A stretch of DNA of 64,000 bases from Intoshia linei (Eukaryota > Animalia > Orthonectida), in contig LWCA01000045.1 of the NCBI GenBank assembly GCA_001642005.1, forward strand, positions 1 through 64,000, written 5' to 3'. Of the stretch, positions 13,997 through 42,800 are shown piece after piece; the first letter of the stretch is position 1; each line of letters begins with the position of its first letter. The notes beneath the pieces were generated by a model. It did no database searches. It worked only from the letters and a program-made list of their open reading frames with translations, and had not been told where the DNA came from. A program made the position numbers and the translations under genes.

Positions 13997-14968
13997 TTGT
14001 ACTATAAATCGTTAGTAATGTATTAGTCAGTCATCATCAAAAAAGCAATAAAAACATCAATATGCACTTTATTTTGAATAATTTATAATTTTATTGAAGA
14101 CTAGCAAAATATTCTTTAATGAGGGAGAGTAATTTTTATCTTATTATTAATCCTTACTAAGATAAAATGGAATGTTTGCATGTTCCCGGATATTTTATTC
14201 TGATACTAAGACTTTACCTGCAATCTTTTATCACAAATTTCAACATAAGAAATTTATGTGCTATGTAAAGTTATATTATATATTTTAAATTTACTTTAAC
14301 ATATTTGTATGAATTTCAATAATTACATTTGGGGGGGGGGGTAAATATTAACCGATTTTATTTTTTTTAGATAATAAATGCTTAAAATCAAAAATTGTAT
14401 CCACATACTAAATGGGTTTTCTAATAAAAAAAACATAAAACGTAGATACCCTACTATTCAATTTAGTTTTTATAGAAACTCAATATCAAAGTAGTTACAC
14501 TGATACTTGAGTTATACTTAAGACATGAGTTCTTAACCTGGGATGCTAAACCAATTTGGAAGCGCGCCATTTTGGATTCGGACTCTTAACACACACGGAC
14601 ATTCAATTTTATATAAGTAAAGTTCAACTGAAACAGAATTCTGCAACACGGTCCAAAAGGCTCTTCAAACGAGAACTTTTTGTTGTGATTTAGAACTCTA
14701 CTAATCATCTTTGATTATCAGATGCGTGTGTGATGACAGTGTACCCTTCCACTCTACCGAATATTTTGAGCAATATTCAATTCACTTCGATTACACAGAT
14801 TCTGTTATTTACAATTTTGTCAATTAATAATAATATAATTTAGCTGAGGCATTTATTCAATACATTAAAGTTATAACAAATTTTGTTTTATACGAAAACA
14901 ACGTTTATGATGTGGCAGATTTTCAATCAATTTATAAATTTGGAATAAACATAAAGGTACCACAATAA

Positions 14969-15301
14969 ATATATGTTAAAACGTGGAAACTATCTTATTT
15001 GACAATTGTCTTAAGTATTATTATCAGAGTGATCGATGCTTTTACATACCATATATCGAATATAATGTCTAAACTTTTTGATGCAGTATTAGTGATACAT
15101 TTCTTATAAATTTTTCTTTAGATGTGTAAAATTCAACAAGTTATACATTATATTGATAAATTTTTGTGTAATTCACTTGTGGAGAAAAAATATGGAAATG
15201 TTGTTGATTTGTACATTTTTCTTTATACTGAATCTAAAAAATTGTGTTACATGTACCATTTTGATGTGAATGTTAATTATTACCTCTTGTGTCAAAAGTA
15301 A
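14969..15301 (+). CDS. Possible 3' exons of an unknown gene
   Basis: Open frame to GAT GCA|GT, a ~36-nt intron ending TTTAG at 15121, then a 59-codon frame MCKIQQ...CQK*. Confidence 0.3.
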
Positions 15302-16099
15302 TTGATTAATTTTTTCAAATATTTGTTGTTACCCTAATAACGGTCTAAATTGTTGGACCAAACTAAAATTTTTATAACTGTTGTATTTTGAGATTCCCAA
15401 GATGAGGAAATTTTAATTTATGTAAAAAAATTAGTTTGCCTCTATTTTCTCCTTTCTATTATCTACTTCCATCTTTATTACCCTTGCACTTATGAGTAAA
15501 TATAATTATTATAATTATTAGTTTTGAAGATACTAGAGCTGTTAAAGAAAATTTAGTCGAAATTTACCATACCATTAAAGATACAAAATTATATCATTTT
15601 AATTGTAAATTTTTTTAAATTGTTTTATTACAAATTAAATCTTAGTAAATTGGATGTATGTAGCATCCTGTAAATTAGAGGATTTTAATTGTAAATTAAC
15701 TCAGGTTATATTTTTATTTTTTAGTTTACAATTCAGTTTTAGATGATTAAGGTTTTTGAAAACACGTTGCATTTCTCAGATTTCAAGTTTATACCAATTA
15801 ATGGATTAAAACCGGAATTTGTACTATTTTTGAGTATTATGATATTTTTATAATATTGACTTTTTAGATGAAAATGTATATAAAAAGAAATGAAATTTAA
15901 TTAAATCGAATAATATGGAACTTGAATTTTTCGTTTATTAACTATTGGACAATGAAATTTAAGTTTTTTGTTAAAATTGCACAACTACGATATGTAGTTT
16001 TCAAAAAAATGGTAGTGTATTGTCCGTAACGATATAAATTCAAAACAACTTTTTCTGTAAATAAACTTTATAAATCAAATTTTATAAATTTTTAATTTT

Positions 16100-19000
16100 A
16101 TGCGTAACGCCTGCATAATATGTTGTGAATCATTTCTGCGTGGTGATAGTGATGCCTTGACCGCATTATCTTGCGGACATGTATTTCACATAAAATGTGC
16201 AGACATGTGGTTCATGTCACAAAATCATTTAGGAACTTATCCGAAAGCTAGAACCTGTCCAAATTGCAGAACGCCCGTTGACACTAAAAGAATAATTGAA
16301 AAGTTGTATTTTGAATTTGCAGATAATACTTTATTTGAAAAAGTTACGGACAATGTTGATATGAACGTATCTTTAAAAGAAAATGAAGATATTGACGAGC
16401 AACCTTGTTCAAGTGATTCACTACATGAAAATATTACTCAGTATAGCAAAAAAAGTAGCATGAAAGAATTTATCGAAAACACTACGGCTTCCATTGATTC
16501 GTTGGTAAGTCGTTTAAAAAAAAGCAAATTGGAAACTCTTTTGTATAAACAACAATTGGATATAATGAAATTAAAATTGGATACATATAAAGGTAGTGGA
16601 AAGCTTATTAATTGTTTACAAAAAGACTGTCTTAGACTTAAAAGAAATAATCTTGCGTTTACCCACATAAAAAGAATTATGGGTAATTAATTATACTTTA
16701 TATATTATTTAAAAATTATTTTATGACATCATCCGAACTTATATAAAAGATTACGCGATTTTTGTTTGTGTGTGTTTGTCTGTGTGTTATGCTTTATTTA
16801 AATAACTACCGTATTAAAATTTTTTAAAGACCACATTTCAATTACAGTTTTTTTTGGGACGTATATTAAGATAAATTTCACATCCTACAGGTCAAAAACC
16901 CCAGTTGTCCCTTTTTGTTAAAATCAAACAAATTGGAGAATTTAAAAAAATACGCTGATGCGGATTTTAAAATCATAAACATTATCATAAATTTAATCTT
17001 AATAAAATTATATCTTCAGGGTCAAATTCCATTCCTTTTTTTTGAAAACAGCCCTAGGATTTCAAAAAATTTACATGTTTTACAGTTGTATCCTGTTAAC
17101 ACACACAGAAAATTTCAATCCGAATAAGTGACGACTTCACGGTCAAAAAAGCATTTTAGTATTCATATATTTTTTTTCCGAAATATTTTATTAAAACAAA
17201 AAATGTGAAATAATTAACGGTCCGAAAATTAAAAAAAAAAAATAATTCTGATAGAGCTTATTCCAGTTGATATAAATATAAATTTTCAACCCCAGAAATT
17301 TACGCATTTCCGGTGAAAAATAATTTTTAATATATTATCAACCAATATATTTCAAATATTTCGATTAAATTCAAAAATTAAAATTGTAAAATGATCTTAC
17401 AATTTCAAAAAAAATGTAAATTGAACGTTTACAAATTTCTAATAAAGAAATATGGGTGAAATCTATATAATTCATTCCTTCGGAATTTTTTCATTGCTAC
17501 GCAATTTTTAAATTTCAAATTTTCATTTTCAAAACATTTTTTATAATCTTCAAATTTTAACATTACAGCAACGAATTTAATTATAATTAATAATTAACAA
17601 TGAGTCTAACATAATGAAATTATAGTTACAACCCTCAAAAGTGTCATAATTAACATTAATCCAAGAAAAAATAAAATTTAAATACTTGTAGTACATAATT
17701 TTTTCTTCTATCATTCATTTCGGGTTAAGCAATGTCATCAACATTGAAATAAATCTCAAAGTTATTAAGTTGATTCTAAACTTTGAAAGTTTTAAAAATA
17801 AGAAATTACTTAGCAATGATTAAAAAAACCCTGAAGAATTCAATTTTATATACGTGAAGGGTCCGCGCGAAAACCTAAAAACTAAAATAGGGTACATTTT
17901 TTACTGGTCTTTTTATAAAAACTTTTTTTTTATTTTCTAGGTTTTTCAAGTGGATTCTTGAACATGGAATGGGAATTTGGTGAAATCGATGATTTTTTGA
18001 TAAACATCCTTAATTATGCTTATTAAATATGTACATTAGGGCTATTTTATTTTTTTAATATAAAAATGACATGTATAGAAAATGAGTACTGCTTAATTTG
18101 CTGCAGAATGATATTAATATTTTTAGTTTTTATCCAAAAAAACGCCCGTCTTGAAGTTTAAAATTTTCATTTGATGATTTCTCAGTTAGTTTATTGAAAA
18201 TTTTAATAATCCGTTGTCGTGTTAATATATTTAAATAATAATTTTTAATTATCTTAATCATTATCATAAAATGTCGAATATTGAAATTATTTTATCATTT
18301 GAAAGTTTACAAGAAATGTCCGAAATATTTTCATATTTTGTTGAATTAAATTGAAATTAATATTTTGGTAAAATTATTATTCTATATATTATTCTTATTA
18401 TATATTTATTCGAAAAGCGGTATAATGACAATTGAACCTTGTGAAAGATCGTTTTCGACATTAATTAATGTTAGTAACTTAACTATTAAAGTTGAAAATA
18501 TATGTTCAAAAACTATAAACAAATTTAATTCATATTTGTTTGTTAAATTCAATTTAAATTTAGGCAATATTTATAAAAATGAATGCCTTAAATAATAAAA
18601 GGAGAATTCATAATAATATTGAAATCGCTATGTATATATTGCTATTAGTTATTCGCGATTTTTTGAACAAATTTTGCTACTATTTTTGTCAAAAAATCGA
18701 GAATAACCTGTAGTTTAAATCTAAAAACTTGTAAAATTCCAATTCAACATTATCATTTTGTAACTAAGTAATATGAGTACGTTTTTAATCTGGCAGCTAT
18801 AACTTATGTAAAAAATAGTTAAGATAAAGTGGCCAGAAAAATACGTACTATAACTTTTAGTATATTTGAGGCTAAATGTAAAGCCAAAACTACTTATCTA
18901 TGATGACGAATAAAAATTGTCGGCTTAAAATTTATTCCAAATAAACTAAAAGTTATAGTACGTATTTTTCTGGCCACTTTAGTTAAGAAAAATAAATAGT

Positions 19001-20243
19001 ATCTCCGGTAATAGAATATTCACAAAAGTAAGGAATTAAATTTTATCATTTTTAAATTCGTTTTACTCTTAATATTATAAACTTAACAAAATTATTTTTT
19101 TACAATAGTACTTAAAGAATATTTGAGTTGGAGCGTTTAAAATATTTTGACCCAATTTATATAAATTCATGTGTTTTTTTGAAATTATATAATTTTTTTT
19201 AAAAAATGACGAACAGTTTATCCGTGAACTGTCTAAAATAAACGATTTTTTATTGATTTTTTTTAGTTAATATGATTAGTGTCACATGATTTATGTTATT
19301 TTTTAAAATTATAACAAATGAAAAATGTTAGGAAAATAGAGAAAGGTAAAGACGAGGGGGTTATTTTTGACGAAAATAAAAAAAATTTATATCATTCTGC
19401 AGCAAATTAAATGGAGATTAACTATATATGTATTTTTTAAATTTCAAAAAAAGTCTAAATTGGAATAGTCATAATGTACATTGTACAATGTACAATATGT
19501 GAATATCTGATTTACATCTTAATGTATTATCTTTAGATGAAAATGTCGATATTGATAAGGTAATAGATATAATGAAAAAATTAGGAAATATGCCTACTTT
19601 TATCCGTGCCATGCATGCAAGTTTTTTAAATTTTAAAAAGGAAACTTTACAAACACATGCTGAAAATAAACGATTAAGAGAATTTCACCAAAAACAACTT
19701 CGAAAGGAGTCATTACCAAATGATACGCCAATAATAAAACCAGATGCAGAGTTTAAAAGTTACAAGAGTTTTTCAAATGTATTGACGGACGTTCAGCACT
19801 ATTTAAACAAATGTGGTAAAAAAAGCAATCCCATCTTACCAGATATTAAAAAACAACCGACGCTGACTGATTATGAAAATAATATTTTATCCAACCAAAA
19901 ACCAAAATATTTGTTTAAAAAAAACTCTAATATTAAGAGAGCTAGACTTGATCAAAATTCTAAACCTAGTTTTTCTGGTGAACCTTTTTCATTGGATTCT
20001 AGTGATCTAAATATTGAAATCAACCTACAATCGCCTATACATGGACCTAATATTGAATCAAAAATAATTCCTTGTCAATACAACACTGAAGACTATACTA
20101 AAAGCTTATATAACGATGGTATTAAAGACTTTTATGAAAAATATTTGATAGATTCTAATTCTTATGAAAATGATGCACCTAAACCAAGCACTGATAAACC
20201 CCTGCCGTTGAATGAATTTAACGATAATGCTGCGACTAAATAA
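16100..20243 (+). CDS. TRAIP: TRAIP/NOPO-like RING-H2 E3 ubiquitin ligase; exons 16100-16682 and 19537-20243
   Basis: N-terminal RING CxxC..CGHVFHxxC..W..RTCPNCR..IIEKLYF matches the TRAIP pattern RTCPQCR..IINKLFF and is followed by coiled coil. The phase-1 donor and acceptor join in frame. Confidence 0.78.
16732..17545 (+). mobile_element. Helitron copy, 3'-truncated, in the TRAIP intron
   Basis: A|TCCGAACTTATATAA start, colinear with 50814-51660. Confidence 0.8.
18037..19473. mobile_element. Non-autonomous hAT (hATm-like)
   Basis: TAGGGCTATT...AATAGTCATA termini and perfect TSD ATGTACAT. The right part is repeated at ~61425-61713. Confidence 0.8.
18825..18981. mobile_element. 157-bp MITE with 37-bp perfect TIRs
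   Basis: TAAAGTGGCCAGAAAAATACGTACTATAACTTTTAGT and its exact reverse complement, flanked by direct repeat GTTAAGA. Confidence 0.88.
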
Positions 20244-20526
20244 TCTGATTCTACGAACCCCAAAATGTGTGAATTAACTGATAATACAGAATCTCATTTA
20301 AAACGTTCTCGATTTCCGTTTTATTTACATGTGCCTTTTTGAATAATTTAAAATATAACATACTAAATTTCTCAAAAGTATGTTTCATTTGTAAATGTAT
20401 ATTTAATCATTATTCCTGTACGTATTTGTATTATAGTAGTTCAAATAATTTATTAATAAAGTTTCTAATTAAATATACTTTAACTGTCAGATTTTTATAA
20501 AACTGTCCTATTGTTATTTCGTATAA

Positions 20527-35592
<15,066 letters not shown>

Positions 35593-35933
35593 ATCTCTAT
35601 AAATGTTAATTTAACCTTGTTGTAATTTGACTTAGTTTATTAAATATTGATATGTTACATAAGTGTCGTATTATTAATGGCATATGGAGCAATTTGCAAT
35701 CCCTGATTTTTATTTCAAAATTACCTTATTTTATATGTTATCAGTGATAACTTATCAAAGAACCATTGCCACCCAAATCGAGTTTTCATTTTAAAAATAC
35801 CTAGGAGTCATAGGTCCTAGGCTAGGACTTATTATAATTATAATACGTTAAGTAAAATATTAATATATTTTATTTACACATCCAACATATATTTACCATA
35901 AATTGTAGACTATGTAACAACAATATTTCGTAT

Positions 35934-36717
35934 TTAGTGCATGATATATATGTATTCTTGACTATATTCATCTTTTTTCCAATTTCTCATGTATTTATTG
36001 AAAAATGCAGGATTTTGTGTCATTTTGTATACTGGCCTTCTTAAATGATTTATACGCTAAATTGTAATATAACAAAGATATATTTCAGAAAATTTTTGAT
36101 AAAAATTATGCAGCGGTGCAGTGTAATAAAACATTTATTTGGAAATTTTAATTTCATCGTGAAAAGTTCACTCTTAATATAATTTAAAGATTCATTTTTA
36201 TTTTCTTAAACCCTATTATAATTTTTTATTTTTAATTACGTCTGACAATGATCCTTTTTCTCGATAAATTTGATATACCATCATGCAGGGTATAATCATT
36301 ATAATTGAAAATCCAATAATCCATCCTAACACTATTGACCAGACGGGATACATATTTCCAGCATAAGTTATATTTTTATATCCCATGATGATCATGATAA
36401 GCAATGTCTATATTAATATTTATTAAATATGTTAATAGTCATTAAAGTAATTGAGATTATAGTGATCTCAAAGCCCAAGCAATGAAAATTTGAAAAAGTG
36501 TTGAAAAATCATTGGGTCATGAAAATGTTTACTTTTATTCTTCGGTTTACCAGGGTCTGTATATTGTAACTTGGATCCATGATGAAAAAATTACGAGTGA
36601 AAATATTGGTGCAAAAACGATCATTCCACATTTTAAATAAAAAACAATGTATCTGTATGCACAATTGTCAGAATAGCCAATCATGAGATGTATCTTTCCA
36701 AAATATCGATTCACTCC
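35934..36717 (-). CDS. SLC6 sodium:neurotransmitter symporter, last three exons only
   Basis: GVNRY..I.LMIG, APIF, ITY..YPVWSIVLGWIIGFS..IP..Y.I....GSL and a terminal exon RINHLRRP...* correspond to TM11-TM12 and the C-tail. Confidence 0.85.
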
Positions 36718-36989
36718 TAATGTTAATATATTAATATTAAAAGTTATATAATTGGATAGAACCAATTGCGATCTGCTACTTTATTTTATCGTCCATTTAC
36801 AGTATATGATTTACTTATGAAATTTTAACAGAAATTTGGTAAACAATGTAGTTATTATAATGTAAATGACACTTGGAAAAATATTACAAATTAATTAATT
36901 ATTTGTTAAAAGTATTTTCAAAGGATTGTAATAAATATAAAAATGAAAATAACAAAGTTGTATCACTTTTAGTAATGGTTGTAGTTTTA

Positions 36990-37440
36990 ATTTAAATTTT
37001 ATGCATAATGTTTTAAAATTGAGAATTTCATATTTAAAAATTGCGTAACAATAAAAAAAATTCCAAAGGAATGAATTATATAGATTTTCACCGATATTTC
37101 TTTATTGGAAATGTGTAGACGTACAATGCACATTTTTTTTGAAATTGTAGAATCAATATTTACATTTTCAATTTTTGATTTTAATCGAAATATTTGAAAA
37201 ATATTAATTCATAATAGCTTAAAAATTATTTTTCACCGGCAATGCGTAGATCTGGGGTTAAAATTTTGTATTTATATCACCTGGAATAAGCTCTATAAGA
37301 ATATTTTTTTTTAATTTTCGAATCGTTAATTATTTCACATTTTTTGTTTTAATAAAATATTTCGGAAAAAAAATATATGAATACTAAAATNAATTTTATA
37401 AAGTCCAAATTTCAATTACAGTTTTTTCCGGGGTGTTAGC
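36990..37440. mobile_element. Helitron fragments flanking assembly N at 37391
   Basis: Reverse-strand internal Helitron sequence before the N, forward 5'-region sequence after it. Confidence 0.7.
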
Positions 37441-37481
37441 AGGTTATACTGTATATTTATTATTTTACATTTTATTTAAAA

Positions 37482-38033
37482 TCATACATTAAATAATGGT
37501 ATTAAAAATAAAATAAAAAGTAAAAAGACGTATAAATGAGATTGAAAAAGTGGTGCAGAATTGCAACCGTCTTGATTATTACAAATACAGGTAAACATGA
37601 TGAGACCATAATTATGAAAAATACAAGTTCTCCCTTCATTTAATCCAATGTCATCCTTTCGGCTACAATTTCGAATATACCGTACTTCCCTAGCGGTAAC
37701 GTCAACTTGGATAACTTTGACACAAATATCGTCGAGATTGACACATGGCATCAACGGATATGTGACGTTGTCAAAATAATCTGCACAGCCTCTATCAAAA
37801 TTTGAATCACAATTGTAACATTTTATTATAGATTTCTTTAAATATTTTTTCCTGGAAATATCATAGTTATCAACTGAATTATAATGAGGTGAATCTTGCA
37901 ACGATAATATGGCATCAGAAATATTTTTAAAGTTTTTTATAGAATTTCTATTACTATTTTCGAGAAATTGTCTGCTCCACATTCTGCCAAGTATAATTAA
38001 TAAAAAAAATTTTATCATATTTTCACAGTTCAC
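37482..38033 (-). CDS. Ly6/uPAR (quiver/sleepless-like) GPI-anchored protein, single exon
   Basis: Hydrophobic N-terminus, IKCYNC..C..C..CVK..RNC..C..CIC..DGCNSA (10 Cys) and hydrophobic GPI tail. Confidence 0.88.
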   Translation of the reverse strand: MNCENMIKFFLLIILGRMWSRQFLENSNRNSIKNFKNISDAILSLQDSPHYNSVDNYDISRKKYLKKSIIKCYNCDSNFDRGCADYFDNVTYPLMPCVNLDDICVKVIQVDVTAREVRYIRNCSRKDDIGLNEGRTCIFHNYGLIMFTCICNNQDGCNSAPLFQSHLYVFLLFILFLIPLFNV

Positions 38034-38343
38034 TGAACATTTCTATAGATCCCAAAATGATCTCACCATTAACAATTACATTATTTATTTATAATGTTTA
38101 ATTAAATAACGTTTGATAAATCTTATACATAAAAATGGAGAGCTTTTTTTCGTGTGATCACGTAATTTGTCTGTGTAAATTACAAAAATAAATCGTTGAT
38201 ATGAAATTCTAAGTGTCTTAATTTTTTTATTTATAAATCAGCGAAGCAAGATCTATCATTGGTTAAAATAAATAAAAAAAATTAATTTAATTAATTTAAA
38301 TTAATTTGTAGAAATTTACCTTTTCATTTATATGTAGATATGA

Positions 38344-39476
38344 AAGTTTCAACAATTTTGCAAAACAATAAATATAATTATTTATTGATATATTAACATG
38401 TAAATATATATTATATTCTATACATCTATCAAATTTTTATTATTCATCATTACCTCGTACAATTTTGAATTAAATGATTTATGTAGACTTATAATCATGT
38501 TTTTTTCCTTTAAAATGATTTCCTGGACAATATGAGATATTTTTTGCCATACATGCATTTTCGAATTAAATTGTGAACCATCATATCGCTAATTCTTTAT
38601 AATTGACCATAGATTTTCTATTTGGGATATATCAGAAGAATAATGAGGCCAACATAATAATTTTATTGATTCAGCAGCAAACCTTTCCCTTCTTTTTTTG
38701 CTCACATGAGGTCTACCATTATCTTGTTGAAAGACAAAGCCAGTAACTGTTACTTAGTTAAATAAATGCATCTTCAAATAAAATTTTTTTATAATAATCG
38801 CTATTTACAGTATGGTCCAATTTCCTAATAATAAGTTTCCCGCAAGATGTTAAAAAACCCCAAATCATTATGGAACCACCTGAAAATGCACTTTTTCGGA
38901 GTTTGAATGGATTCTACGACATGAGATTATTACTTCCATCTAAAGAAAATCTACATTAATCCGAAAAACTATTTTATCGATATCAACACCATCAAAAAAA
39001 GGTTGCGTACAAAATAAAGGCGGAAATTCCTTTGTGCATCAGTCAATGTCAGTTTTTCCAATGAACGTCGATACTTAAAACCGATATCATTAAGGTTCCT
39101 GCAAATAGTTGCTCTTGAATTAGTACATCCCATACGGGCAGCAACGGATGTGGATGTACCAACCCTTCCAGATTTTTGCATTGCATCATCAGACTTTTTA
39201 ATTGCTTTTTGAATTTTTTTTAAAGTTGTAATTCGCTTCGATTTGATTCATCTTTCTTTATTTGAAATGTTATACATTATTCTAGGGAAACCTTGCGGGT
39301 TTTGCGATATTTGCCCTTTTGATACCATCCTTCAATCCTTCAAATCTTTTTCTATTAATTTTGCAATATTATTTGACAGTGTCATTTGGGATAATGAAAA
39401 CAGTTTAAAAACAATTATTTGTCAAGAAATACGAGTTTATTATGTATTCGATAGTTTTGCAAAATTGGTGAGACCG
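38344..39476 (-). mobile_element. Tc1/mariner transposon, decayed
   Basis: Degenerate TIRs (CAATTTTGCAAAAC core) with GGSIMIWG, FQQDNGRPH and WPHYSSDISQIENLW motifs. Confidence 0.85.
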
Positions 39477-39559
39477 TATCACCAATCTCGTCTTCTCATT
39501 GAGACGTGCAAAATAACTAAATATTTAAAAAATTCAATTTCTACGACTTTTTTCAGATA

Positions 39560-39769
39560 CAGTCAAAATCTCATTTAACGAAAATGGCAAAAAGTTAAAA
39601 TGGCATATTCATTAAATTCATTTAACGAAAATATCAAAAATGTAAAAATAACCATAGATCACGATCAATGTATTTATATTGACTTATAATATTAACAGAG
39701 TTTATCAATTTTTCGACGTTAAATAAAATATTCGTTAAACAAAACATTCGTTAAATGAGATTTTGACTG
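39560..39769. mobile_element. Tigger/pogo-type MITE, same family as 25598-26242
   Basis: TA|CAGTCAAAATCTCATTTAACGAA...TTCGTTAAATGAGATTTTGACTG|TA. Confidence 0.88.
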
Positions 39770-39866
39770 TATTAATAAATTATATTATAAAATTATCAAT
39801 CCAGTAATAGATCAATAAATCAATCAATAATCAATATTTATTAAATATAAACAATATATGCAAACA

Positions 39867-42800
39867 TTAAATTTGCTGAATAATGAGTTTTCGATCATTA
39901 TCATATGTAAACTTGTTATCTTGAAAAATTTTTGATTTATAAAACTCCAACACATTTGATATATTAAATTGGCGGACCTAAAAATAGATAATATTATAAA
40001 TAAAAGTGAATAATTATATTTTAAAATTTCTAGAAAGATGAATTGTTAAATGCTTTTTTTGTAAAACATTTCTAAATAAATTTTTTCTGAAGTAAAAATT
40101 CTATTAGCCATAATTTTGTTAAATGTTATAATTTAATTTTTATGGGTAAACAAATTATGTGTGGTAACTGGAGATAACTATATGAACTTTTATTTTAAAT
40201 TCTAGGACAATTTTCATTTTTTAAAAAAGGGTAATTTGTTGTTTTGGCTATGAAGATATAATTTTAATAATATATTTTTGAAATTGAAAATTATGATGGT
40301 GTTTATGATTTTAAAATCTGTATCAGACAGAACGAAACTTTTTTGAACCATGGCCTGAAAAAGGTTGAGAACCGCTGAGTTATAGGACTCGTGTGATTGT
40401 TAATATTAATTTTTAAAAAAAGGATAATTGAGGTTTTTTGCCGGTAAGATGTAAGTTTCTGAGATTAAAATTAATCTTAAATTTCTCCCCGGAAAAAAGT
40501 GAATTTGAATGTGTTTTTTTAAATTTTAGCATTCTTAGTCATTGAAATAAACGATAACACACACACAAAAAAAGTTAAGATTAAATAACTTACTTAATTT
40601 TTATGTATAGTAAGAATAACAAAAGTTGTAGGCTTTTGAAAAAATTTTATATCTTTAAATTGAGTAAAAAAACTATGCAAATTGGATTCAAAATAACCCT
40701 AAAAACTCACTAACCACTTAAAATTAAATCTTAATTGACTAATTAATATACCTTAGATCAGTGATTACTAAAGGCGGTGCATCATATAAAATTAAAATAA
40801 ACACATTTTTTTCATTTTTGGAAGTATTTTTTATAAAACCGGGTAATTGTCACGTTAAAATTTTACAGAGAAGAGTATTCACTTTTCCAAGTCAGTTTAA
40901 TGTAATTTAAGTTTGGGACACTAGGGTGTCACATTTTTTTGAAATTTTGAGCGTTTGATGGGCAATTAGCACTAAATGTATATGTTTAAAATAGAAAAAC
41001 AATTTCGTAATCAAATGCATTTAACGTAATCTATTCGAGTTGCGTTTATCATTTTAAATTGATCATATCAAGTTTAAATGATTTTAATGATATGACACAT
41101 CCATTATTATGGGGTTATTATGTTGAAGCCCGTTTTATCTTATGTATATTAATTTTTAAATTTTGATAAATGCTGATTAAGTATAAATCATTTATTTTGG
41201 GTGATGAGAAATGGTTAAAAACCCCCATTTAGAAACCGCTGTTCTAAATCAAATGTAGCACAAAAACAGAAAAACATTAAAGCAAAATACTGGCAATATA
41301 AAAAAACCTTTTCAACAAATTCTCTAGCAGAAACTTGAACAAACTCTAAAATATCCTCATTAGCATTAATAGTAGAATGTTTAAAATTGTACTCTTCAGT
41401 GCACATTTGTTTAAGAACAAAAATCAATAGTTCATTATAATCTTTTTGGAAATTAAGTTGTCGCGAAAAAACCTTTCGCATCGATCGCATCACACTAAAC
41501 TTTTGAGTCGAAATAAAACTATTGAGAACTAATCTAATGGCTAAATTAACGTCATTATCATTAACATATTGACGCAAGTGCATTCGAGCATTGGCTTCAG
41601 AAATTCTAATTAAAGATTCAATGTGTCTGACTGTAATGGGAATGCTGCCAGTTTCAATAGATTGACGTCGAAGTTGCGAGTATACCTTTGAAATTTTATC
41701 CTTATTAATACCGGTGAGTTTGGGGAAAATCTTTTCTCGAGCAAAAATTATATACTTTTTTAATAAAGATTGACTGATCCGAACATTCTCAGATTCACTG
41801 GGATCGGTATTGGAATTGTTAGATTGGTCGTTATGAGGGTGATGTTTTACGTGAGATTTTACGATAAATTTGGCCATATTTTCATCTTGCACGCTATCGA
41901 CAATATCTCTGACTACACACAAAATATCAAATCGAGAAAGGATTGGTTCAGTCAAGTCGACATTGTTTCTGAATGTCATGGATTGATTGTATCTACCATT
42001 AATCGGATTAGCTGCAGCAATAACGGCACACCGCGCGCGCAGAGACGTCACTATTCCTGCTTTAGAAATGGAAATGCTTTGTTGTTCCATAGCTTCATGA
42101 ATACTCGTTCGGTCCTGGTCACTCATTTTGTCAAATTCGTCAATTAGACAGTGTCCCTTGTCAGCAAACACCAATGCACCTGCTTCAATAGACCAAGTTT
42201 GAGATACTGCATTTTTTTGAACACTAGCCGTTAAACCTACAGCAGAGGCTCCTTGACCAGTAGTGTAAACAGAACGCGGAGCAACTACTTGTACAAATTT
42301 CAAAAACTGTGATTTTGCTGTACCAGGATCACCACAAATCAAAATATTAATGTCTCCACGCAATTTATGCTTACCACCCGGGTTTTTCGATTGACCTCCA
42401 AACAAAGACATGGCTATAGATAGTTTAATATCCTCGTGACCGTAAATAGATGGAGCGATGCTATTAATAATTTTTTGGTGAAATTTTTCGTCTTTTGACA
42501 ATTTAATAATTTCATTGATATCCTCATCAGTCAATGATGAAGCAATCATGGAATTGTCCTTTTTGGAGATGTAATTAGCTTCAATTACTGTAGCAAACAC
42601 GGGAAACCCTTGTTTCACATTTAAAGATCCATCGTAATTATTGTGATATACTCCAGTAATCTCAATTTCGTCGCCGGGCTTGCAAAAATCAACTAAATCA
42701 TCTTCCAATATAATATCCTTACATCGTGGTAATCTCCCAGCCGGTACTTTTCCAGGACTCTCTTGAATTCTCAAACGCTGAAAATTTTTGTAAATTGTCT

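Noticed and set aside
18365-18595. Signal-peptide-like ORF in the TRAIP intron
   Set aside because: It lies within the hATm element, starts at TTG and has AT-driven hydrophobicity
41770-42147. Plus-strand ORFs overlapping MCM2 (also 43473-43727)
   Set aside because: Antisense shadows of MCM2
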